A DNA stretch of 64,000 nucleotides from Trichoplax adhaerens. Lineage: Eukaryota; Animalia; Placozoa. A program made the translations under genes and the position numbers. Positions 13,312-43,348 of this stretch are shown here, piece after piece; position 1 is the first letter of the stretch, and the number at the start of each line of letters is the position of its first letter. Location of the stretch: NCBI RefSeq assembly GCF_000150275.1, contig NW_002060945.1, positions 3,743,172 through 3,807,171 of the forward strand, in the 5' to 3' direction. The notes under the pieces were generated by a model. It saw only the letters and a program-made list of their open reading frames with translations. It was not told where the DNA came from and made no database searches.

Positions 13312-16300
13312 TTTCAATGCAATATTTGCTTTATGACAGAAGCGTTGTCTTCTGTTATTATATTTGATATATACTTAGCATTAAAAATTAATAATGCTGT
13401 AGCTAGTATGCTTTGTCTAGTATGAATAAAATGCTTAATTATACTTATTTAGCCTTATTTGGTACTACTGGATTTATATATTGTTAGAAACGATACGAAA
13501 TGTCTCTCAATCACGAAAGATTCTGTGTATACATTTATCTTTGTATTTTCTAATGACTCTAATTGTATTAGCCTTTCTAATTGAAGTGGTACTACCTTTA
13601 TTTGTAATCTACAGGACTCTGATATGCTAGCATTATTGTAGAATATCGTATATATTAAAATACCGTTATTATCTAAGTTATAATTTTGGTATACGATTAC
13701 TGATTTTACTTGATTGATCCTGGATATTTTTGATTACTGTCCTGTAATGAATTACTATGCTTTAGAAGAACGCGCAAGTCAAGTACATTACGATTATAAT
13801 TATAATTATTAGCAGTAGCATAGAGACATTTCTGTGAAGTAAAGCACATTTCGTAATTTATTGTAGTTAATTGTATAGTTACTGTACTAATACTATGATA
13901 CTCAATTTTATAATGAAATCCTGAAATTTTTCTCCGAAATTTGATGAGTATGAAAATATCTCAAATAGCTATAACCGAGCCAGGTCATTTTTAGTAACAT
14001 ACACATATGACAGATAACTGTATCGCGGATTTATATCAAATGCGATTTTCTATAGTTTTAGCATCTATATTACTATGAAAGAATGTCTACTTCCGATAAG
14101 GTACGCGCTATAGATTATTGAGTTGAAGAAGAGGGATATTATAAATTTCGTTGTCATAGAAAGGTACGCTTATAAAGACACTAGATCGCTTATTTGTGTC
14201 GTCGGGCTCAGCTGTTATTTTTAAGCCTAAAATTTTTGGGATTAAACACTCATTTGAGATTTTTTGGTTGAAATCGTCACTTGCATAAAATCAGTCATAC
14301 CTAATGTTAGGTCTACAAAGAATGAAGATGATCTCACTCGTGTTAATATTACATCTAAATTTAGTAGCTATAGTAGAAAGGCTTAATAAAACATACTGTA
14401 GAAATAGGTAATAATGTGTAGTTTAGGATTAGTCTATTTACTGATTGCAATAAAATCGATACTATGTAGTTTTTCTTTATTTCAAATAAACTAGTCGATG
14501 TGATCCATCTAAGTGCTAGGCAGTAATAACTATAAATAATGAACTTACAGTACTTTCGTAGTAGTTATAGTAATATTGATTGAGGAATATGATATCAATA
14601 GAAATATGTAGTCAAGAGCATGGGCTTTTAGGTCTAGAAGTCCAAGTCAATAGCTGAACCGTACCACAATATAAATACGGTATAATACAGTAGCAGCTTA
14701 TACAGTAAGCAGATGTACAGTACTGTATATCTTGCTGATTTTACGTTACTGTATTATGATAACGGCAGAATGAGCGAAAATTTAATAACTTACTTGTTAT
14801 ATTTCAGCCGTCATTTAAGAGTTAATGCAGTCTGATATGAGAAATTATAGCAGATCTGCTTACTACCGAACGGCAATTACCTGTATTGTATATTGTATAG
14901 TATACTTGATCCGAGCTATTCTTAAAGAACTAGTCGATCCCTCGCTCGTTATACTTCACGTACTATACTCGTAGTCTCGTACCTTTTACTTTCCATTATC
15001 TGATAAGAGTAGAATCAGGAATCGCTTGATAAATCAAAAATAGTGACTAAACCGGAACAACGATTACGAGATGTTGACGATTATAGTCGTTGGCATTTGC
15101 TATACATACGACACGCGTATGGTATTCGAGGTCATGCATGTAATAAAATTGCTGTATTCCATGCTATTTTGAGAAAGTTTATATTTCACTTTATTCTAAA
15201 GGTTGATGATTTATTAATCAAAAACGTATCTATGTAATGGTGTTGAAGTTATTGATGCTCTGATATCTGATTGTCATGGTCGAAGTATTAGTTAGTACAC
15301 GAGTTATAAGACAATTTTGACGTTGTAGATAAAGGAAATTACTAAATGTATTGAAATACTGGTATTATTACAATTTTTTCCTAATCTAATAAAGTTGATA
15401 CGTAGAGAGCCGAGATTTTAAAGGCGTAAGTTAATTTGCTGGTACATTCAATATACATATATGTTAATTATACTAAAGCTATACTTATGTCAATGATATT
15501 GAAGGGAATGTAATGTAGTATTTAGTTTCATAGGTTGATTGAGAAATTGCGTTTATTTGTTGTAATTATGGCTTCTTATAGGACCATTATCAATCAATCA
15601 ATCAATACTGCAGCTTAGCTGACAAGTATCCCTGATGCGGTAATGTGTGAACGATCGATTGTAGGTTTAGTAGTCTTTCTTGAATGTCCTAAATTATTCG
15701 TAAATCTATTAAGATACAGTGGAGAGCAAAGGCCGAAGAATCTCAATTACCTTTTTATTTTTACTTTGCTTTTTACTTAATTAAGGGTTGCATTATAAAT
15801 TTATACTGTAATGTGCTGTGTCTTAGGTACAAAGTATAATTTACTGTACTCGTACATGGCTTGTTGTGAGCAATTACCGATGAAAAACGTACATGGATTT
15901 CCTTGCTTAACGATCTTTAGTCATAGCTTGCAAATATGACCTGATATGCTGATCGCAGGCTACCGAAATTTCGAATTTTGATGATGTGGATCGAACTTTG
16001 AAATTTGATTACTTCGGGAATTAGGAATGTCGGAAAGCTAATAGCTTATGCTAATCAATACCATCTGCATTTCATCAGCAGTATTCTATAGTTATTGTCA
16101 TATATATAATTTAATTTTATTTTACAATATACTATACAGTACATTCGTACATGCTTTATACGTTAGTTATTACCATACGTATTCTAATTTGTAAGTAGGC
16201 AGCATAAAATGCGCTCTACTATTCTGTGATTAACGGTTCTGTCCGTGGTGTACTCGTATACTGAAGAAAACCATATTAGCAATACGTCCACGACACTTGA

Positions 16301-16808
16301 GGTTTACTGTTCGCTTTAATAACTTTTTAGAGCTGAGGCTTGCTTCTATATTTATTTATTATAAAGCAATGGAAAAAAAAAGAGATACTGTACAATTTAG
16401 TTTTCTAGAATTCACTGCGATTTTAGTTGTTTAAATTTTGTGCATGCACAAAATAACAGTACAGTACAGGCCTGTAGTTTAGGATTCCTTACAAGGCCTC
16501 TCACGGGATATTAAAAGTGTTTACTTTTACTTATATTCTTATGATTAATCGATAGTCCATGATTAATTATATATTACGAAAGATGTAGTGCGAATTGTAT
16601 CGAAGTTGTAGTCAAGACGTAATAAAAAACTTTTTGGTTTGTTTTATTACTTGGTTTTTGCCACCTCGACAATAGGTTATACAGTACTAATAAGATGCAG
16701 GCTGCTTGGGTTTTGTTTTCTTTAATTAAGTTGAAAAAATCCCATGGGCTGCTTGAATTTCAATATGTTATGGACTACGCATGTCGGATAGGATTACTAC
16801 AGATAATG

Positions 16809-16818
16809 CCATATATGG
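16809..16818. promoter_or_regulatory. CArG box CCATATATGG (SRF-type) upstream of villin
   Basis: ATGCCATATATGGTCA fits CC(A/T)6GG with SRF-like flanks, about 0.9 kb upstream of the putative villin 5' UTR exon. Confidence 0.35.
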
Positions 16819-17222
16819 TCAAGAAAACGCTCCTGAAACAAAAGGAGACCAACCCTGAAGAATTTAAAAACACATTCACTTTAAAACAATGCCTTCACCC
16901 CACCCAGGGTTTGCAGATAGCCGCCCCCACATTATCTACTGTACTGTCAGGGACTTGTAGAAGTTTCTGGTACTGTAAAGAACTCTATTTGTAGTGCTTC
17001 CACACTACACAGTGGTACAAGTCTGAATTACCAGCTAGATAATGATAGAATTTAGATCAAGTTAGAAATTGTATATTTAAGCTATAAACTCTAATAATAA
17101 ATTTACCGTACAATATATTTTTATAATTTTAGAATAAAAGACAGTGGGTATGAAGAAACATAAACTGAAGCTATGGAGTGTTTTTGGTCGTCAGATTGAC
17201 CAGGAACAATTAGTCTGCAATA

Positions 17223-17695
17223 ATAAAAAGAAAGAAGGGATTAACTGTGCAGTATTATACTGTACTGCTAGGTGCACTGAGTAATGCGGTACAGTACTGT
17301 ACAATGTACATTAGCACTATGTACTGTATGACACGGTCACCCGGACACGTTAATTCGTCTTCAATAACACTGTAAAAAGAAAAAAAGGAAAGGGATTAGT
17401 GTATTATACTGCTAACCGCGCTGAGTAATGCGGCACAGTACAGTAGCACAGTATGATACGATCACCAGGCCACGTTCAACTCGACACTGCTGTACTGTAC
17501 TGTACTGTACGCACGTAGTACTGTGCGGTCACACTCCGTCACAGTCACGGACTACTACAGTACAGTATTGTAGTGTACGTGTACAGTGCAAAGCGATTAC
17601 AAACCTTATAGTGGTCCGTCAAAAACGTGATACTGTACTGAATTATTGAGTACAGTACTAACTGTACAGTACAATACAGTACTGTACAGTACATA
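17223..17695. repeat. Villin promoter: degenerate ~150-bp tandem duplication plus a dense TACAG/TACTG array
   Basis: Units start about 17223 and 17372 and share aaaaagaaa..agggatta, gtattatactg, ctgagtaatgcgg and gtatga.acg.tcacc.g..cacgtt. Confidence 0.75.
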
Positions 17696-17699
17696 CATC

Positions 17700-17808
17700 T
17701 CGACTTCTGTATAATTAATTAATTAACTTCAATTTTCTTTCTTTCACCTCGTTTTCTTTAACCTCAAGGTTGTTGGTGTTCGATTTTTGGAAATCTCAAT
17801 TAATCACG
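17700..17808 (+). other. Putative non-coding first exon of villin
   Basis: Pyrimidine-rich segment right after the repeat array, ending at G|GTTAGT (17809). An acceptor TTTAG lies 9 nt before the villin ATG at 20106. Confidence 0.5.
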
Positions 17809-20105
17809 GTTAGTATTGTATAGGAAATATTATTCTGGAATTTAGCAGGCTGATGTAAAAAATACATGTATTAAAGGCTGTACATGTTAACGAGGTTGTT
17901 GTATTACCTTGCATGAGTGGAGTTTAAATTTATCCAAATATTGGACATTGGATATCTATCTCGCAGTTTTGACTTGTACCGCGTCGACGCCACACTCTGT
18001 ATTAATTTCGACGTTAATGAACTCGACGTGAAGCGTAGTCGGTGCGCTATAAATCGTTACTAGACATGCAACTTTTTTGTACTAAAGCGATACTAATGAT
18101 GCATTCTAATCAGTAGCCATTTTCAATGATTAGCAATAAGATGGATGAAGTTATAGTTATATGTTAGCTTGTATAGATGGTAGAACGATCGTATTCTATT
18201 ATACTAATACTGTACACTGTGTACAGCTTTGTAGTGTGGTTGCTTCTTACTCTAGTTCTTGCAGTTCTAGTTTCCGCCTAGCCAATTGAGTTTTTTTGGA
18301 CTGAGATTAATGCTCTAGGAATGGACTATTGAAAAAGTGATCGTTTACACATCAATTGAAGTAATAGTAACGATACAATATTTTACAGGGCCTAGGCCTG
18401 GACATGAACTTGTTTTTCAACATTGAATTTTAAGGTGGATTTCACAGTACGTAGTGCGTACAATCCTTAAAAAATACCCCACCCAAAGACTGTATTCTAC
18501 GCACAATGCAAAGTTACTTGTCTATCGGGGATACATGCCACTGTCTTTTCTAGTTTGCAATGTGTAGTGATATAGGCAAGGGTGGTTCCATAATTTCAAT
18601 GATTAGATCTATCTTTCTTATCATTTCACAGCTATAATTTCCATCAGGTCCAATACTGTGGTAGTCTCTCTGTATAACGCTTATACTGTAAGCTATACTG
18701 ATTGTTCGACATGTTAAAATAAATGAAATGAATCGTCTTGTACAGTTGTACTGTACATACTGTGACCGCTTGATTGCGCGATACTATAATCGACCGTTCT
18801 TTGTATTAATCATGCGCGCTCTGAGTCATGGATTGCAGCCATGTCTGTACGTCTGTAATTAAAGAATAAAGTTATTAGTTTTGTTGTTTTAATTTAGTTT
18901 TAGTTAATTAGCCTAATCTTACTAGTTTATAGTAGAGAGCTATTGTACGACGCTGATGAAATTACCAAATAGGCGCTGAAGAACTATAATTAATCAACCA
19001 TTGGCAAACTGTATTGACTATGCTAGATGTTATCTATCAATTGTGCAAATCAGATTTGACTACAGGAGCTGCTCTAGCATAAGAAAGTTGTTTAAATTAA
19101 TTAATTAATATAGCATATTTAAAAGATGACACAAGTTCTCCTTATACTGTATAGTTAATTAATCCGTTATTAATATGCGTGTATTTATTTATCAAAATCG
19201 GTAGTAACCGTTTGACGCTTATCATTATGATGGCGCTGTCGTTTTGACGGTTTTGTAGGCATCATTTGCTGACCTAAAATTTTCATGTATACCAAGATGA
19301 TTGTATAGCATTTTTATAATTTATTTATCGATCTTGCGTAAAAGCGTAAATAATGGCATTTTAATCAGCGATTAATGAAGTGATAATATGTTAAGCTTGT
19401 ACTATATTACAATTGCTGTCGCTGCAAATTTGATCACTTTCACTAAAAGTTTAAAGTCCGATGATCGATTTTGATTAATAGTAATATTGAAAATCTGTAA
19501 CTTTTTTGTAGTACTTACTTTAAAATGTTATTACTGCGCGAACATAGTCAAATATCGGATGTCGAAAGTTAAACTTCCTAGATATCAATATACGTATTAT
19601 CGTTTATATTAATCTGAGTATTTAATTTGGGGTTGTAATTAGCCTCTTGAAATGAAAGTGCTTAAAAATTGTTTAGCCTGGCGGATATTACTGCTAATTT
19701 CTAAACATAACATACTTTCCTACGTTACCAAATTTTGCTTTGCTTGTTAGTAGGATGCAATGTTATACTTATGTAGATATTGTGCTAATGTTAAGATGCA
19801 GTTGTCGTGTATGTATTTCAGTGATAGAATAGATTAATTTTTTGCAAATTACGTTCATGGCTGAAATTCAGCTGACTGAATTTTGATAATATCGTTATTA
19901 ATAGATTACTGATTCTGATTAGAGATTGCGGAGTACAACATAAGTATACGCGTATATATAGTAGCTAACCTGCTGTATACTGTACGGCTAAGATCTACCA
20001 CGACTTCAAAAACAGTCATTCATTCGAAATTAGAGAGTACTGTTGAAATTATTTAATATTGTCAACATTAATGCTGCTTTCTACATCATTCTTTAGTGAT
20101 AAACA

Positions 20106-23100
20106 ATGGGCGATCCTGTTGATCCAGCGTTTGCTAGCTCAGGAAAGAGCGATGGACTTGAAGTCTGGAGAATCGAAGTAAGTTCACGTAGTCGTATTGC
20201 CTTTGTATTCATACAATTTATAGCTTTGGAACTAGCTATGACAATACATGATATAATTTTAGTTATTAGAGTACAATATGCCATTATCTAGTCAAATTTA
20301 ATCTGCAGTCCAATCACAAAAAATGTGATCGCACAGTATATGAGGCAGATACCACGCCGCTGCATGCTATTAATGAATGAATTAATACGATTTAATATCA
20401 TTATATTAGAGGTATATTAGGTGAAAATTACTATTTATAAAGTATTATTTTAAATAGGTAATTGAGATTTTGTTAAGCTGTCACTTTTTTTTGAATGTGT
20501 TATCTGCAGAGCATGCAAGTTGTTCCATATCCAAAGGACAAATATGGAGAATTTTATACCGGCGATTCTTTTATTATTTTACATGTAAGATGTAGCTTAA
20601 ATGTATACTGCAAGGAGAGACTTCATTTTGCTAATTGGAATTTGCATTAGATGGAAAAATAAGTAAATTTATGCACGAAAATTCACCGAAAAAATAGCGA
20701 TAATGTTAGAAAGGGAATTGTACCGTTAACACTCATTATTATCATTATAGACCAAAACTCTTCCTTCCGGAAAAGTAGAATGGAATATTCATTTTTGGTT
20801 AGGAAAGGACACAAGCAGAGTAAGAAAATTTAATGTATTAATTCGTACAAAAGTTATTTTTAATTATAAAGTTACTGTTGTAAAGGATGAGGCTGGAGTT
20901 GCTGCTTATAAAACTGTTGAATTAGATGATCACCTTGGTGGTTCACCTGTGCAACATAGGGAGGTAATCAGAACAGCTGTGATAGAAATTGATAGAATTG
21001 GGACTTAGAAATCCATGTACACGTATATTTCGTAAAGGATGATTTTTTTAGATTGTTTATCGTATCATTAATTTGGCTACTGTTAGGTGCAAGAGCATGA
21101 AACCAAGCGTTTCTTATCTTACTTCAAAAAAGGAGTTCGGTTGGTATATATCGTTAACATCAACGTAGCATTGATATAACTATATTATTGATCAGGTTAT
21201 ATTACTGTATGATAATAGATTTTAACTTATTTTTCGCATTTGCTAGGTATCTTAAAGGAGGGGTTGCATCTGGATTTAAACATGTTGATAAGGATAAGGT
21301 CGAAAAACGCTTGCTGCAAATAAAGGGTCGCCGACATATTCGTGTTATGCAAGTTGAATTAAAATGTTCATCATTGAACAAAGGAGATTGCTTTATTTTG
21401 GACACTGGGCGCATATTATATGTTTGGAATGGCTCTCAAAGTAGTCGTGTCGAAAGAATTAAGGTTGGATATGATCTGTTATCGATCTTTGTCAAAGGAT
21501 TATGGCATATATGTAACAATGATATTTTAGTTACTTCTATTCATAAGTTAAACTGTTTTGTGGCGTCTGAACATCGGCGTAACTAGTTTTGACTTACTTT
21601 TAAGGCAATGGAAGTTGCAAGAAAGATCCGAGATGATGAACACGCAGGAAAGGTGCATGTTAAAGTCATCGGTTAGTGTTTTGTATTATTCTATTTTAGT
21701 ATGACTGTTGCAACTTTCATGCTATCTTATATTTTTAGCTTATTGAAATCTTTTGTACTAAGTCTTGTCATGATTCTGCTTTAGAGGAACAAGATGACAA
21801 TCCAGATTTCTTCAAAGATCTCGGCTCAAAAGATAAGGTTATCAAATCTGCAGATACTGCTGGTGATGATGATGCTTTCGATAGAAAGCACCAGACAAAT
21901 GTTACCTTACACAGGTTGGCTAGATTCTCAATGAAAATCAAATTGTTGATGAAAGTAAAAATTATAAATCATTTTCTTTATAGACTATCTGATCAGTCCG
22001 GGAATATAGAAATAAATGATATTGCTGCTGCTCCATTGAAAAGGAACATGTTGAATAATGATGTAATACCTTACTTCTTTACTCTTATTTTCAAATGAAA
22101 TTAATTAATTTTTTTTGTTTAGACTGTAATGTTTTGTTAAAATATGATAGCGTCTTCGGCTACTACTACTGATATACAGTATATTTTTTGGCTGTAACCG
22201 ATACAATTAAATTAGTCACGATCTGTGATATCTTACACTGCTAATTTTTATGGATATTGCTTTTAGGACTGTTTTATACTTAACACTGGGCCATCGGGTG
22301 TATTCGCCTGGATTGGGAAGAATGCTAGTCGTGAAGAGAGAACAAAGGCTGTTAAATTTGGAATGGTTGGCCTTAGAAACTTGCGCTACTATTTTAAATA
22401 TTTTACGTATTTTAATTGGCCGTACTGTAATACGTTGATTGATCTTAGTAAATAATACTCTACAGGGCTTCTTAGACGCAAAAGGCTTACCAAAGTGGAC
22501 TCCTGTTAGCCGTGTTGTTGAAGGTGCCGAACCAGTGATGTTTAAACAATATTTTTCAGATTGGCCACGTGAAGGCGTTCTTATGCCTTTACAACAAGGT
22601 TCCTCAAGTAGAATTGGTGCGTTAGACCTACCATGTAAATTCAACATTTACGATCTTTGTGGTGTTACTAAGTTATGCGTTATTACGTGGTTTGTTTATA
22701 GCTCATGTTAAGCAGGAAAAGTTTGACGCTTCCATTATGCATAAACACGTAAAAGTAGAAGCACCTAATCTTGTTGATGATGGATCTGGCGATATTGAAG
22801 TATACCGTATTGAGAACTTTAAGCCTGTTCCTTTAGAAGAGCATATGTATGGATGTTTTTTTGGTGGTGATAGCTATGTCATTTTCTATACCTACTTGGT
22901 TAATGGCAAAGAAAATTACATAATTTATATCTGGCAGGTAAAATGCTTAATTGTAGCTTGTATTGGTTACCCCAATACTGTACTTTGGTTTTATACAGTA
23001 TGCTTTTTGGATTTAATAATATAAAAGGTTTTCAGTTTCAGTTTGCTGAGTTATTTTTCATTGGTAGGGAAAAGACAGTAGTGCAGATGAAAAAGGTGCC

Positions 23101-25134
23101 GCTGCTGCTTTTGCAGTAGAATTGGACGATAAATATGGTGGTGCTCCCGTTCAGGTATATACGTGAACAAGTTATGTCCTAAGTATCCTATTTCTATCTT
23201 ATTGTTCAAAAGCATATATAAAATAAGGATAGGAAAATGACACATTTATTAAATTTTCATAGATACGAGTCGAACAATATAAGGAACCTGAACACATGTT
23301 AAGAATTTTCAAAGGAGGCATGATAATTTTTCTCGTAAGTTTTATGTTAAAGCCTTTTGTTTGATAATTAAAGTAACTGAGCTAATTACAATTTGATGTA
23401 TGTTAAAGGATTATTTACCTGGTATACCTTAAATTTTATATGGTAGGGTGGCACTGCGAGTGGTTTTAAGAATCGCCATGATCCTGAGTACAAGGTCAGC
23501 AAAACGCGCTTGTTCCAGGTTAGAGGGACTGCGGATAACAATTGTCGGGCCGTTCAGGTACTGTTAAATTAAAGGCGTTAGTAATCACCGGTATTTTCGT
23601 GGTTATTAAGAATTACATATTCGGAAATTAGGTTATTGAAAGAGCATCGTCTCTAAATTCAAATGACTCTTTCATTCTCGAATCGGCTGATAGGACTTTC
23701 TTATGGTTGGGAAAGGTTATTAAAAGAATATTAATCCGGCACAGTACTTATTGTAATCACAGCGCTTAAAATTCTTTGTCTTTATCAACTGTAGGGCTCT
23801 AATGATGATGAAAAGGCAATTGCCGAGCAAGTCGCTTGCGTGGTTGCGCCCAATCGGTTTGTTTATTCAGAAATAGCTAACTTTCCTTTTGTTCATTTAT
23901 TGTGGAGAATATATGTTATAATTTGGTAGATTGTTTAGTGTTATAATTGATTTTATGATAGTGATATCGAACATATCGAGGAAGGAGATGAACCGCGAGA
24001 ATTTTGGGACATTTTAGGTGGTAAAGAGAAATATGCTGATGATAAAACTTTACAGGTGCGTATTGTACTTATTTCAAAGAGGAATATTAAATTTGACATT
24101 GCTTTGTTTCACCTAAGATGATTTTTAAAATTATAAAATTATATAGGAAGAATACCCTTCACATCCAGCACGCTTATTTCATTGTTCCAATGCTACTGGA
24201 AGATTTAAAGCTGAGGAAATCACAAATTTTGACCAAGAAGTAAGCCTGATATTATGCAACTTTACCAACTCTGGTTATATAGAGTATTTAAAAAAATATA
24301 TTATTATTATAGGATCTTATTGAGGATGATGTGATGATTCTGGATACCTACAATCAGGTATAGATGATGGTTTGAGCTTATTTAGAGAGCGTGCATTGGA
24401 TTGCTTTGCAAAATATTGATTAAAGAATTGATCGTAATGACAACAGGTTTTCATATGGATTGGAAATGGTGCTAACCGATTGGAGAAGCGCGAGTCTCTT
24501 AAAACTGCTGTGGTACAAAATTCGCTGTTATATTGTATATACTATATCTAAAACGTTTATTATGTTATGTAACTTAGGTACTGTAATTGTTTTAGGATTA
24601 TGTAAAAACTGATCCATCTGGCAGAACACCTGAAAATACCGTTATGCTGCAAGTTAAGCAAGGCTTTGAACCCCCAACATTTACAGGCCATTTCTTAGCA
24701 TGGGATCCCAACATGTGGAGTGTTAGTTTAAGTTATTCAATATTCGTTGAAGTGTTAATTAAGAATTAAATTTATCTATTTAAATTGATATTAGGGTGGA
24801 AAAACTTACGAGGAATTAAAGAAAGAATTGCATGATGCCAATGCTGGCGTTGAGTTAGTGGATGAGGCTCTGGCTAAGTACAGCAAGAAATACACATACA
24901 CTCAGCTGACGATCAAACCATATCCAGAGGGTGTTGATCCTTCAGAGCGTGAGGTATTAATATTGATATGACGACTAGCACTTATTGATTATGAATTTAC
25001 TTTATATTTCTGATTCGCAGAAACATCTGTCTGATGAAGAATTTCATGAAGTATTTGGTATGTCTGCAGCTGAATATGAAAACTTACCGCAATGGAAACG
25101 AGTTAATCTTAAAAAAGCAAAGAATTTGTTTTAG
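20106..25134 (+). CDS. Villin/advillin-family actin-binding protein (gelsolin repeats plus headpiece)
   Basis: Motifs [73 protein letters not shown] and [12 protein letters not shown]. Terminal headpiece [42 protein letters not shown] at 25341. Confidence 0.95.
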
Positions 25135-26369
25135 TTATAAAGCTTAATGGTTATACGTTTTATGAATTAGTCCAGTGGTATATCATACCATAATAGTCTG
25201 TGTTGATTATATATTAGCCCTGATTGACTATGCAAGTTTTTAGACAATATTTGAACACTACGATTAAAACTTTAGAAGTTTCTAGCGGTTAGATGGGGTG
25301 ATTATTTTACGTTTTAAATTATATTACTTATTCATAGTTAAATAAATAACCGTTTTTTTTGCGATACCATGTCAATGATGAAAATGCGGTATCATTTCTT
25401 GATGTGATATGGTGTTGATTATAATTAGTGGCATTCTTTATGATTGCGGTTATAGTACATGAATATGGAGTGTTAAGGCCCGATACTTTTATGTTTTTAC
25501 TTATTTTAGGTTGATTATTGCGTCGGTTTTATTTTTAAAAGCTATTAAAATCGTTTCAATTGATTAAAGTAACGATTGTTCTGATGCGAACTCCGAAATA
25601 CTGTAATCAAGCTGCGCTTAAAAATTTATCAAGTCTAATAATTATAATTAATATCGTAATTTTATGGAAATAACGAAGTTATTGTAAGTTTGTGCTATAT
25701 CGGTTTGTGCTATATCGGTACGCACTGTGGTGTAGTGATATATAGTCTATAGACATTATTACCTTCGTTTATCATGTAGCGCGGTTTTTTGCATTACTGT
25801 ATAGGCATGTAGCGTATTGCATTACAATTTCTTTACAACTGGACCCATGATATACAGTTCAGTTCTCTTGGCGCTATTTCATTGCAATGCTGTGAACAAT
25901 TCGCATGTCGCAAACGAAAAGGTCTTTAACCCTTTGCTATTTATCATAAGCTTTAATTCCGGAACAAAGCAGATTAGTACTTACTGCGCAGATGGAATTT
26001 AATTTTATTCTAGTTATAAGTAGTTAGAAATTGAGTTAAATAGAAAAAATACTAGTATCGTTTTAATCATACGGTACATGATTTATTTCTTGCAGTTAGC
26101 AGGTTTAATGACTGTAATTGAAAGCGGATAATCCCGAATAATGTCGACATTTAAGGATTGAATGTAGGCATTAATAGGCCTGCTTTAGCTTTAAAATAGA
26201 TTAAAAAGGCACACGTTAAGCACTGGCAAAATAAATTCTTCAAATTTAGAAATTATGCTAAACGTTAAATCCATAAGAGTGACTTAAAACTATAAAAAGT
26301 CGAGATAATAACCCTGTACATGAATATTTACAATCGAATTTTACAACATCGATCAATGTTTGATTAATT

Positions 26370-43216
<16,847 letters not shown>

Positions 43217-43331
43217 AATTCGCAATCTCTGGTCATGAATAGTCCAGTTGAATAATTCTGATTACGTTTACTCTTTTTGACAGATTGACTGACTACTGTA
43301 CGCTAGCTATTTATAACATATATATCCACTG

Positions 43332-43348
43332 TATATATATATATATAT
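43332..43348. repeat. (TA)n microsatellite near the NBEAL 5' end
   Basis: tatatatatatatatat. Confidence 0.85.

Noticed and set aside
13497-13832. 11-bp inverted repeat GAAATGTCTCT/AGAGACATTTC as a MITE
   Set aside because: It does not extend and has no target-site duplication.
16227-16229. In-frame TGA as selenocysteine
   Set aside because: It lies in a signal-peptide-like stretch with no redox motif, and I recognised no SECIS.
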